Shown: positions 26,343 through 34,300, numbered from the stretch's first letter. The stretch: 64,000 nt of DNA from Candidatus Nanosyncoccus sp. (GCA_045632725.1 JAZQXF010000038.1:10179-74178), one strand, 5' to 3'. Numbers and translations are program-made. Notes: a model not told the origin generated them from the letters alone.

Positions 26343-26395
26343 AAAGGTTAGGATTTCTCTTCGGTTGTTGTATTCCGAGGAGATTTCTTTTTTAG
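26343..26395 (+). ncRNA. candidate ~50-nt small RNA
   Basis: Lies between the promoter at 26308-26336 and an intrinsic terminator (TCTCTTCGG / CCGAGGAGA stem 26356-26383 + TTTCTTTTTT). No SD-preceded ORF. Confidence 0.3.
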
Positions 26396-26551
26396 CTTAA
26401 TTATGACATAGTCTAATTCTGGCTCTTCCATAACCCTCCTTTCTCCTTACCATTGTTTTAACATACATCACCCCGTTTCCTGCACCCTACTTAACACACC
26501 CCACTTCAAATATCAACCCCCCACCCTCTTTTATGCTATAATTAACCTACT

Positions 26552-27679
26552 ATGCGCATCAACGAAAATATTTTAATCTCTAGTCTTACCACCATGCGCC
26601 TTGGTGGCCCAGCCCGCTATGTCCTAGAAATAGAAAATCCCGCCGATATTCCCGATGCTTATGGCTTCGCCGCCACTTACCACCTTCCCACCTTTGTACT
26701 CGGCTACGGCGCCAACACCATCGGCCACGATGAGGGCTTCAATGGCGTTATCATCATCAACCGCATGCGCGGTATTACCGATTTATCACAAGAGAACAGC
26801 ACATGGATGGGTGACGCCAATGGGGGGACCCCCGCTGCGCGCAGGCGCAAGCCGAGCACAGTGGGGGAAACTTTGGCGGCAGGCCCCATCCAGTATATTA
26901 AAGTCATGGGCGGCGAGTACTGGGATGATGTCGTAGCTTACGCTTGCGAGAGAAACCTCACCGGTATCGAAGCACTAAGCAAAATCCCCGGCCTCGCCGG
27001 CGCCGCACCAGTACAAAATATCGGTGCTTACGGCCAAGAAATCGCCGATACTTTAGTCTCTATCGAAGTTTACGATACTATCACCCACACTTTCAGGACT
27101 CTCACCCACGATGACCTCGGCTTTTCTTATCGTAAAAGCATTTTAAATACCACTGAAAAAAATCGCTACTTCGTTATTTCTATCACTCTCGCTTTACACG
27201 AAGGTAAGATGCAGCCTCCATTTTATCGCTCTATCGAAAGTTACGCCGCCGAACACAATCTTACCGATTTCTCCCCTCAGGGCATCCGTTCCATCGTTAG
27301 CACCATTCGTGCCGACAAGCTTCCTGATCCACTAGAAAAGGCCAGCTCCGGCTCCTTCTTCAAAAATATCTACCTCACCAGAGAAGAAGCCGAGCTCGCC
27401 GAGGCCAAGGGCTACCCAGTCTACCACGGCAAAGATGGTCACAAGATTAACTCCGGATGGCTTATCGAACATGCCGGCTTCTCTGGCCAACTCCTTCATG
27501 GCATGCGAGTAAACCCTAAAGCCGCCCTTGTCCTTATCAACGAGTCCGCCAAAGGCTATCAAGACCTCGCCGCAGCTCGTAGCGAAATCACCAACAAAGT
27601 TTACGACCTTTACGGTTACTGGCTAGAGCAAGAGCCTGTCGAAATCATCAATCCCTCTAAGCCGGGAGATCTGCAATGA
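26552..27679 (+). CDS. murB: UDP-N-acetylenolpyruvoylglucosamine reductase MurB, carrying an in-frame ~30-aa palindromic-element insertion
   Basis: LTTMRLGGPARY, LGYGANTI, IPGLAGAAPVQNIGAYGQE, GSFFKN. 375 aa, which is long for MurB. Confidence 0.85.
   Translation: MRINENILISSLTTMRLGGPARYVLEIENPADIPDAYGFAATYHLPTFVLGYGANTIGHDEGFNGVIIINRMRGITDLSQENSTWMGDANGGTPAARRRKPSTVGETLAAGPIQYIKVMGGEYWDDVVAYACERNLTGIEALSKIPGLAGAAPVQNIGAYGQEIADTLVSIEVYDTITHTFRTLTHDDLGFSYRKSILNTTEKNRYFVISITLALHEGKMQPPFYRSIESYAAEHNLTDFSPQGIRSIVSTIRADKLPDPLEKASSGSFFKNIYLTREEAELAEAKGYPVYHGKDGHKINSGWLIEHAGFSGQLLHGMRVNPKAALVLINESAKGYQDLAAARSEITNKVYDLYGYWLEQEPVEIINPSKPGDLQ
26804..26892 (+). mobile_element. GC-rich palindromic element (short form) inside murB
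   Basis: TGGATGGG-TGA-CGCCAA...GGGGGGACCCCC...TTGGCG-GCAGGC-CCCATCCA. Shares GGGTGACG, GGGGGACCCCC and TGGGGGA blocks with the ychF copy. Confidence 0.8.
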
Positions 27680-28461
27680 AATCTTTAAATGGCCGCGAAC
27701 TTGCTAGCTTCATCAAGGAACGCCAAGCCCACCAGGTAGCTGGCCTTCCACATCAGCCTCGGCTTCTCATCATTCGCGATAGCAACAATCCTGTCATTGC
27801 TAAATATGTCAATCTAAAAATCCGTTACGGCGAAGATATCGGTATCGCAGTCGAAGATTACTACGCCAAAGATTCCGCCAATATTGCCGCCAAGATTACT
27901 GAAGCTAGTCAAGACCCTAACATCCATAGCATTATCCTTCAACTCCCCATAATAGAAAAAGACAAGACCGACCAACTCTGCAATTTCATCGCTCCAACCA
28001 AGGATGTAGATGGCCTAGGAGAGAAGGCTGAGTATGATTCCGCCACCGCCACTGCCATTCTTTGGCTCCTCGCTGGCTATGATATCAAGCTGGAGGACAA
28101 AAAGATTGCCATTGTCGGCCGCGGCAAGCTAGTTGGTGCCCCACTCTACCGCATTTTTACCAACTCGCATTACGATGTTACTTTGTTTCACCGCGGTAGC
28201 GACTTGACAAAGCTTAAACATTTTGATATAATAATCAGTGCCACGGGTATTCCGGGGTTGATTTCTGATAATTTCATCTCCCCAGGCACCACTCTTGTAG
28301 ATGCTGGCACCGCCAGCGAAAACGGCATCATCAAGGGCGACCTTAGCCCCGATCTCTATGCCCGCACCGACCTTGCCGCCATTACCCCAGTTATTGGCGG
28401 AGTCGGTCCACTTACTATCGCCTGCCTTTTCGATCATATTATCCAATGTTGCAGTAAATAG
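27676..28461 (+). CDS. folD: methylenetetrahydrofolate dehydrogenase/cyclohydrolase FolD
   Basis: ILQLPI...KDVDGL, VGRGKLVGAPL, PVIGGVGPLTIACL. ATGA overlap with murB. Confidence 0.85.
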   Translation: MKSLNGRELASFIKERQAHQVAGLPHQPRLLIIRDSNNPVIAKYVNLKIRYGEDIGIAVEDYYAKDSANIAAKITEASQDPNIHSIILQLPIIEKDKTDQLCNFIAPTKDVDGLGEKAEYDSATATAILWLLAGYDIKLEDKKIAIVGRGKLVGAPLYRIFTNSHYDVTLFHRGSDLTKLKHFDIIISATGIPGLISDNFISPGTTLVDAGTASENGIIKGDLSPDLYARTDLAAITPVIGGVGPLTIACLFDHIIQCCSK

Positions 28462-28473
28462 TTATCGCATCAA

Positions 28474-28530
28474 AAGGTGATTACCTTTCAGGATGGTAAT
28501 TACCTTTCAAAAAAGTAATTACTTTATCAC
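28474..28530. repeat. three direct repeats with exact 19-nt period (core GTRATTACYTT)
   Basis: aaggtgattacctttcagg / atggtaattacctttcaaa / aaagtaattactttatcac. Lies between the convergent folD and FISUMP genes. Confidence 0.75.
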
Positions 28531-28591
28531 TACCACTCACCAATCGTTTTCCTAATCACAAATTCCCTAATTTTTTCAGACATTCTGGAAG

Positions 28592-30406
28592 CTAAGAACT
28601 AGGGGCTATCAAACAACGAACAGAGCCTCCTGTTGAACGGTTATAGTTAGCAGCAGAATTTACGAACGATGATTCAACGCGTAAGCTATGGGCAGCATAA
28701 TCTGCCCTAAAAGAAGTAGCAGACCAATAGCAACTGGTTCCACCCCCATAAAGAAGAACATCATTAGCGTAATAACCCACAAGTAGGAAGTTAGGTATAG
28801 TTCCAGGCCCTGCCTGAGTATAAAAATCATCACCCCTCGCCGATATAGAAGTAGTACTACTTAAGCCATATTTATGCGCTAGCGCATAAAAATCTGATAC
28901 AATTTGCCAGTCAATAGCATCAGTAAGTCTAGATCTTGGTAGTCTCCAGCCCTTAGGACAAATACTATATGGCGCATCAGCGCCTTCCGTGGAGATAGAG
29001 CGACCAGAACCCAGCGTAGCAGCATCCCATGAATAGTAGGAGTTACAAGGTTTAGCATCAGCACAATCGGACTGATTAACGGTAATATTATTACTATTAT
29101 AAACATATGCATAATTTTCAGTAATAAACCCATATATACTAGAATCTGGTAACACTATAGTATCATTAGTCTTAGTCAAATTATTACTAGTGACAAAAGT
29201 GCTAATATAGCTAGAATCTACATCCGTCTCTGATGAAGATAATGCAGTACCTCCGGCCAAGTTTAAATTCTCAGTCATCCACACTTTTCCATCTTTTAGC
29301 TTAGCTATATTATAATCCCGGGAGTCTCTAGAGTCGATCAAGGTATATGTTGTCTCTTCAGCCATAGCCGTTATTAAAGTGTTTTTGTTACTGCCACCAA
29401 GGTCCTGTAAGCAGAGGATGTCAGTAGCATTACCAGTACCTATAGTAGTGCCAGATGGATTGCACTTCTGTTTCCACATCGCATACAATATCACCTCATT
29501 AGATTGTGTAGCATCTAATGTATACACTCCACCCGGAGCATATGGCGCAGTACTTTCGCCGGCACAGCTATCTATACCATCATTAGTAGCAGGCAGTACA
29601 TTGCACCACCCCAAGAAAGTCATCCCGACCCTAGTAGGTACAGTAGATGACAGGATTACATTCATCGCCCCAGAAGTATTATCCGTAGGGTCAGCTATCG
29701 TACCACTCTGCTCGCTAGGCAAGCCAGAAACAGTATCCTCAGTATTGCCTTTATCATAGCTAATCTTATAGCTTATAGGGTTTGCTGTCGCCGTAATCAC
29801 AAAGGTATTACTATAGCTACCCGGTGGCGTAGTACCATTCACCCTTGCGCCAATGGCAATATTGTATTCATCCGCTGTATTATTTGCCACACCAGTCTGA
29901 GCTATTACGACCTGCGTAGCACTACTAGTCGGAGCTGGCAAATAGCTATTATTTACATCGTTCGTTTGCGTGGAAGAATTATACAGCACGCTAGGCTTAT
30001 ACCCCCAAGTATTGTTTAGGCTGGTATTACTCACGTAGTCGCTAGCCAGCACCGCGCTACTAATGGATGGTATAGTAGCTATAGTGACATCGTTTTCTTT
30101 ATACGTTAAAGCATTGCTATTAGCCACCTTAGCCTTTATGCCCAAAGTATAGCCAGAGTAATTATCAGTCCACACGCTAATATTATTAGCAGGGCTAGAG
30201 GATGCGAAAGTCCCACTTGAGTTTACTGGGTTTATATCTAGAGATATGCTACTAGCTATAGTTACCTTAAGAGAAGAAGTAGTAGCCACCACTGGCCTAC
30301 TAGCCACCCCACTCGCCCAAAAAGCACACGCCATGCCAGCCACCAGCCAGATAGCTTTCCCTTTCTTAGATGAGCTGATTTTTCTTTTTCTCATAGCCCA
30401 AAGCAT
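28592..30406 (-). CDS. secreted protein with InlB B-repeat and C-terminal Fibrobacter succinogenes major paralogous (FISUMP) domain
   Basis: Signal/anchor at the N-terminus. GMTFLGWCN...VILYAMWKQ (B-repeat). DSRDSRDYNIAKLKDGKVWMTENLN...CPKGWRLP...YWSATS...GGSVRCL (FISUMP pattern). Confidence 0.65.
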   Translation of the reverse strand: MLWAMRKRKISSSKKGKAIWLVAGMACAFWASGVASRPVVATTSSLKVTIASSISLDINPVNSSGTFASSSPANNISVWTDNYSGYTLGIKAKVANSNALTYKENDVTIATIPSISSAVLASDYVSNTSLNNTWGYKPSVLYNSSTQTNDVNNSYLPAPTSSATQVVIAQTGVANNTADEYNIAIGARVNGTTPPGSYSNTFVITATANPISYKISYDKGNTEDTVSGLPSEQSGTIADPTDNTSGAMNVILSSTVPTRVGMTFLGWCNVLPATNDGIDSCAGESTAPYAPGGVYTLDATQSNEVILYAMWKQKCNPSGTTIGTGNATDILCLQDLGGSNKNTLITAMAEETTYTLIDSRDSRDYNIAKLKDGKVWMTENLNLAGGTALSSSETDVDSSYISTFVTSNNLTKTNDTIVLPDSSIYGFITENYAYVYNSNNITVNQSDCADAKPCNSYYSWDAATLGSGRSISTEGADAPYSICPKGWRLPRSRLTDAIDWQIVSDFYALAHKYGLSSTTSISARGDDFYTQAGPGTIPNFLLVGYYANDVLLYGGGTSCYWSATSFRADYAAHSLRVESSFVNSAANYNRSTGGSVRCLIAPSS

Positions 30407-30504
30407 AACTTTATTGTATATTATTTTATCTAAAACGTAAACGCTTTCTTATGCCTTTGTCACATAATTTCATAACTCACTACATCTCGGAACATAAAGG
30501 CAAA

Positions 30505-30545
30505 AACCAAAAAATCTCCCCAACTTTCGTTGAGGAGATTTTTAA
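30505..30545. terminator. bidirectional-type intrinsic terminator
   Basis: AAAAATCTCC..GGAGATTTTT downstream of the 30576-31847 gene. Confidence 0.75.
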
Positions 30546-30575
30546 GTTTCCCGCCCTATTGTGAAGCGGTCAACT

Positions 30576-31847
30576 TTACATTAACTTTTTGCGGCTGGCA
30601 ATGTAATAACCAAGCATTGTTACTACCGAGCCGGCACCCACAGCACCCATCGCAATAGTACCTGCACCAGTACTTACGATAGTAGTTGGGGTTGGCTCTG
30701 AAGTCGGAGTAGGAGTTGGCTCATCTGGAGTTGGTTCCGGATTTTCTGGCTTATCTTTACAGACATCGCCGCTCTTCGTTACCATCACCGAGGCATCATC
30801 CTTATAAACTCCACCATTTACAGTAGAACTTGCCCAGTTTACTAATTGGTTCTTACCACAAGCCAAAGTCTTGTCTACTACTTTGCCAGTAAAACGCACA
30901 TAAGCATTACCCTTTGCGCCATAGCTACCGATATTAATACCAGTAGTAGTCAAAGTGTTATCCTTTAGTAGTACACCACTTTGGTAGTTCGAATTATATA
31001 GATATGTTGAATCGTTTACATATTCCACGTTAGTTGGCAATACGTCACGAATCATCACATTATTCACTTGGCTAGATAGTAAGTTTACATATTCAATTTG
31101 ATATTCTACTTCATCACCCACCTTAGCTTCTACGGATTCGCTCCAAGTCTTAGTACCTTTGATACGAACCTGCTTAGAAAGCTTAGCTGCTACCGAGCTG
31201 TGTACTTTTACATCAATAGTTACTACGCCAGAGTATTCATAACAGCCAGGAATTTCACCATTCATCTTATCATAGCCAAGTGTTGCACCAGAGATGATCA
31301 CTTCGTTTGGCAAGTTAAATGTACCCTTGTTGTTATTATATTTGGCCGAACCATCTACGTATTCTAGATACACATCCTCATCAGCTACCAATTTTACTTC
31401 ATCCCAATACCGCGTAGGAGCTGCATTGGAAGAGTCTAAGTAGCCAATCACGGTATGAGATTTAGCTACAGTAGTAGGAAGCGAGAAAGTTGCTTTCACA
31501 CCTTTCGCGATTGCTTCCATGCCCTTTGGGCTGTTGTTGTGCACAAACAAGCGAATGGTATATGTTTCACCATCTTTTACTTTGATGGTGTCAGCATTCC
31601 AAGTTTCTACGTTTGCGCCAGCTACTTTGGCTGCTACGAAATTCTTTTCATCCCCGATTTTACCGTTTGAAATCGAGTTAAACGTAATGGTATCTTTAAG
31701 ATCACCATTGTTAATTTGCTCAAGCGTATAGCTCTTGCGGCCATTCGCCGAATCACCCCAAGCACTTACAAATGTTGGAGCAAGCGTACCAGCTAACACT
31801 ACTGCTGCTGCCGACACGCCCAAAATAGTCTTATAAATTTTATTCAT
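30576..31847 (-). CDS. cell-surface protein with DUF11-like repeat domain and C-terminal sorting-signal-like anchor
   Basis: Signal peptide MNKIYKTILGVSAAAVVLAG. VGDEVEYQIEYVNL...IRDVLPTNVEYV (DUF11-like). Pro/Thr linker, then IVSTGAG + hydrophobic stretch + RKK tail. Start set at the Met after SD aaagaaagga. Confidence 0.6.
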   Translation of the reverse strand: MNKIYKTILGVSAAAVVLAGTLAPTFVSAWGDSANGRKSYTLEQINNGDLKDTITFNSISNGKIGDEKNFVAAKVAGANVETWNADTIKVKDGETYTIRLFVHNNSPKGMEAIAKGVKATFSLPTTVAKSHTVIGYLDSSNAAPTRYWDEVKLVADEDVYLEYVDGSAKYNNNKGTFNLPNEVIISGATLGYDKMNGEIPGCYEYSGVVTIDVKVHSSVAAKLSKQVRIKGTKTWSESVEAKVGDEVEYQIEYVNLLSSQVNNVMIRDVLPTNVEYVNDSTYLYNSNYQSGVLLKDNTLTTTGINIGSYGAKGNAYVRFTGKVVDKTLACGKNQLVNWASSTVNGGVYKDDASVMVTKSGDVCKDKPENPEPTPDEPTPTPTSEPTPTTIVSTGAGTIAMGAVGAGSVVTMLGYYIASRKKLM

Positions 31848-31903
31848 AATTATCCTTTCTTTAATTAGTTGCCTAGCCGACAAATTGTTAATTTTCGTCC
31901 ACG

Positions 31904-32023
31904 CAACCGAATCATCTCAAATCTCAAATTCTTGGATGAAGCCCGGCAGCAAAGCTGCCGGACTCTTGCTAAGGTACTTGGGGTGTCCACTCCCCACGTG
32001 GGCTCCACCCAAAGCTATATGTT
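31904..32023. repeat. left arm of the gene-bracketing inverted repeat (A 31904-31930, B 32011-32023) split by a GC-rich insert (31931-32010)
   Basis: caaccgaatcatctca (16/16) and aaagctatatgtt (13/13) are the exact reverse complements of 34008-34023 and 33977-33989. Confidence 0.8.
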
Positions 32024-32024
32024 T

Positions 32025-33914
32025 TTAGTCCGGAGGGCCTCCCCAGGCCGTTCCGGGCTCATCATCGGCCACATTGTGGCCATCAGTCGTTTGCGCAGAA
32101 GATGTTTGTGGTGTTGGCGTATTAACACCGCCATTACCAGTGCCATTGTCGCCGTTGTTGTCTACCTTGGCAGATGATTCTTGCGGCTTCGTGGAAGGCG
32201 TATTATTATCCTTTCCGGTCTTCTGTGTCTCATTTATCTGGCTCATTTCCTCCATATCCTTCTTGTATTCTTCGTACGAAGGATACTTATTGGAGTTTGT
32301 CGGCTTGTCCTTTGTAGACTCCGTTGAGCCTTTCCCTGCATTAGTATCCGGTCCGGGGCCAGATACATCATTTGGCTCCGTATTGGTCTTCGGAGCTTTA
32401 CTCGGGTCCTTGTCATATTTGGGCGTAGAACTTTCCGGTTTACTCTCCGGTTTTGATTCCGGTGTCGAGCTTTCCGGTTTACTCTCCGGTTTTGATTCCG
32501 GAATTGAGCTCTCTGGGTACGAATACTCCGGTGTCGATTCTGGCTTCGAAGTCTCAGGCTTCGACTCCTCCACCTGATGTGACTCAGGTGTCGTTGTCTT
32601 CGGCTTTTCTTCTTCAAAGATCTCTGGCCGTTTATCGTGGGTATTAAACCCAATTTCCAGAAGCCTTTTCCCATCCTTTCTGACATATGCCAGAATGTAG
32701 GCCTCCTTCTTGTACTGATAGTCAGCCTTTATCCCAGCCCTGTCATTGTTTTTGACCGTGTCATTGAGGCGCCAGTTTTCCACTGTCTGCCTCTTCTCAA
32801 CACCCACCGACACCAACCTTTCCAAAAAAGTACAAAGAGTTGCCGCATACGTGCGGTATTCCTCCGTCACATAAATTGTGCCAGATTTATCTTTGTACTC
32901 ACACCAGGTAAAAATACCTTTGGCGTTCTTCTTCACCATCTCCCCCATCCAGGGATTTAGGTCGCCGAGTTTTTTGTCGCCGAGCTTTTTGCTCTTCAGG
33001 AAATTGGCTACCGCAACTCCGTAAACGGGATTTCGGAGAATTTCTTCCTCCAACTCTTTGAACATCTTCTCGTTGTCCTTGGAAGTGAACCCAAATGTTA
33101 AGGCATCGGAAAATCCAGACTTTTCTGTCCTTTCCTTATCATTCGGTGAGAGAGAACTATCCAGGAGGGTTTCCGAAATGCCCTTATACTTACTGAGTGT
33201 GAGCTTTTCTAAATCCTCCGCAGACAGCTTCGGAACTGTCAGGTCATCGATAGCTTTTTCCATCTCTTCGCTTTCGCTCTGAGACATTTCAGCGCTACCA
33301 GTAGTCTTACTACAGCCAGTCAAACTAACCAACAGCGTGACCCCCAGCAATACTACTATCATGGCTATCGCCACCGCCAACACTGTATCCGCCCTTTTAT
33401 CTCCGATTTTACGAAGATAAATGATGTAATCGATGGCCATAAAAGCCACAAATCCAACAATCAGCAAAATAGGTAAAGCGCAAAAGATGTTTTCCAGCCA
33501 TGGCACCTGCCAAGGAGCAGACACAATACCTACTACTGCCCTAAACGTGAAAAATGGCAAGCCCGCGCACACCGCGAAGACAATAGCCTCACGGATTTCC
33601 GTGCCGCTAAGCTTCCAGAAGAGACCCAGCAGTACGTATCCTGCCACCAGGATGACTATCATCAGCCATCCCAACCAGATCGTGTTACGATCCAGTTTAG
33701 CAGCATAATGATTCATCAGAAACATTGCTACGCCAGCTAAGAAGCTGGCTACAAAGCCCCAGAGACCAGTGTGTTTCAAGAACACCAGTCTCTTATGGGG
33801 CTGGCCATCAATTCCTGTAATAGTAGTGGTCATCTCACCACCATGTACCATGTGAAATGCTGTCGCCAGTAAAAAAGCAACAGCAACGCCGAGTATAATG
33901 TCAAACAGCAACAT
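32025..33914 (-). CDS. polytopic membrane / lipoprotein-like protein with low-complexity PESKPES repeat tail
   Basis: 629 aa. About 6 N-terminal TM helices, LTGCSKTT lipobox-like site, a globular middle, and a tail with tandem 13-aa STPESKPESKPES repeats. Strong SD ttaaggaggtaatattATG. GC-richer than the core genes. Confidence 0.6.
   Translation of the reverse strand: MLLFDIILGVAVAFLLATAFHMVHGGEMTTTITGIDGQPHKRLVFLKHTGLWGFVASFLAGVAMFLMNHYAAKLDRNTIWLGWLMIVILVAGYVLLGLFWKLSGTEIREAIVFAVCAGLPFFTFRAVVGIVSAPWQVPWLENIFCALPILLIVGFVAFMAIDYIIYLRKIGDKRADTVLAVAIAMIVVLLGVTLLVSLTGCSKTTGSAEMSQSESEEMEKAIDDLTVPKLSAEDLEKLTLSKYKGISETLLDSSLSPNDKERTEKSGFSDALTFGFTSKDNEKMFKELEEEILRNPVYGVAVANFLKSKKLGDKKLGDLNPWMGEMVKKNAKGIFTWCEYKDKSGTIYVTEEYRTYAATLCTFLERLVSVGVEKRQTVENWRLNDTVKNNDRAGIKADYQYKKEAYILAYVRKDGKRLLEIGFNTHDKRPEIFEEEKPKTTTPESHQVEESKPETSKPESTPEYSYPESSIPESKPESKPESSTPESKPESKPESSTPKYDKDPSKAPKTNTEPNDVSGPGPDTNAGKGSTESTKDKPTNSNKYPSYEEYKKDMEEMSQINETQKTGKDNNTPSTKPQESSAKVDNNGDNGTGNGGVNTPTPQTSSAQTTDGHNVADDEPGTAWGGPPD
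32431..32508. repeat. 2 x 39-nt tandem repeat within the CDS
   Basis: ctttccggtttactctccggttttgattccgg(tgtc/aatt)gag occurs twice, encoding the STPESKPESKPES repeats. Confidence 0.85.
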
Positions 33915-33976
33915 AATATTACCTCCTTAAAAATATTTTCTGGAGGCTCCCGCCCCCAGGCTATGGGGATTGGGAT

Positions 33977-34023
33977 AACATATAGCTTTCAGATTTCAAT
34001 TGAAATCTGAGATGATTCGGTTG
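33977..34023. repeat. right arm of the gene-bracketing inverted repeat, containing a 20-nt perfect palindrome
   Basis: aacatatagcttt + CAGATTTCAATTGAAATCTG + agatgattcggttg. Lies in the 5' UTR of the 32025-33914 gene. Confidence 0.8.
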
Positions 34024-34072
34024 TTAATGGTCTTCATCGCTTCGAAAACACACCAAAACTCAGACTACTTTC

Positions 34073-34101
34073 ATTGTATCACACTTTAGCTTTTTTGTCA
34101 A
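34073..34101 (-). promoter_or_regulatory. consensus promoter of the 32025-33914 gene
   Basis: Minus strand TTGACA-N17-TACAAT with a TG extension. Gives a ~150-nt 5' UTR. Confidence 0.7.
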
Positions 34102-34212
34102 TATATATGCCAGCTTTTTGCGCTTATGTCTAATTAAAATTTTACCCCCTTTCCTAGCCCCTCAGAATACTACCAAAATCCCTAGCCCAATTCGCACAAT
34201 GATCTCTTTAGA

Positions 34213-34242
34213 AATAAGAAAAACCCGGTCTATTGACCGGGT
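34213..34242 (-). terminator. intrinsic terminator of the 34301-35320 gene
   Basis: ACCCGGTC/GACCGGGT stem followed by TTTTTC on the minus strand. Confidence 0.8.
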
Positions 34243-34300
34243 CTTCCTAAGGTGCGTGTAGCTTTGAGCCCAGGTAGGAATGGGCCGAGTTGAAATCAAA

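Noticed and set aside
26327-26395. 22-codon ORF (MVESIQRLGFLFGCCIPRRFLF) in the recA-murB spacer
   Set aside because: Its ATG lies inside the -10 region of the predicted promoter and would not be in the transcript. There is no SD.
3320-26892. Interpreting the palindromic elements as self-splicing introns, inteins or archaeal-type bulge-helix-bulge introns
   Set aside because: There are no group I/II intron core motifs and no intein blocks. The lepA copy is antisense to its gene, which argues against a sense-RNA splicing signal. Element lengths are not all multiples of 3 at the boundaries I can define, but the frames stay open, so translation through the inserts (RPE-like) is the simpler reading. 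RNA-level removal remains only an untested alternative in the findings.
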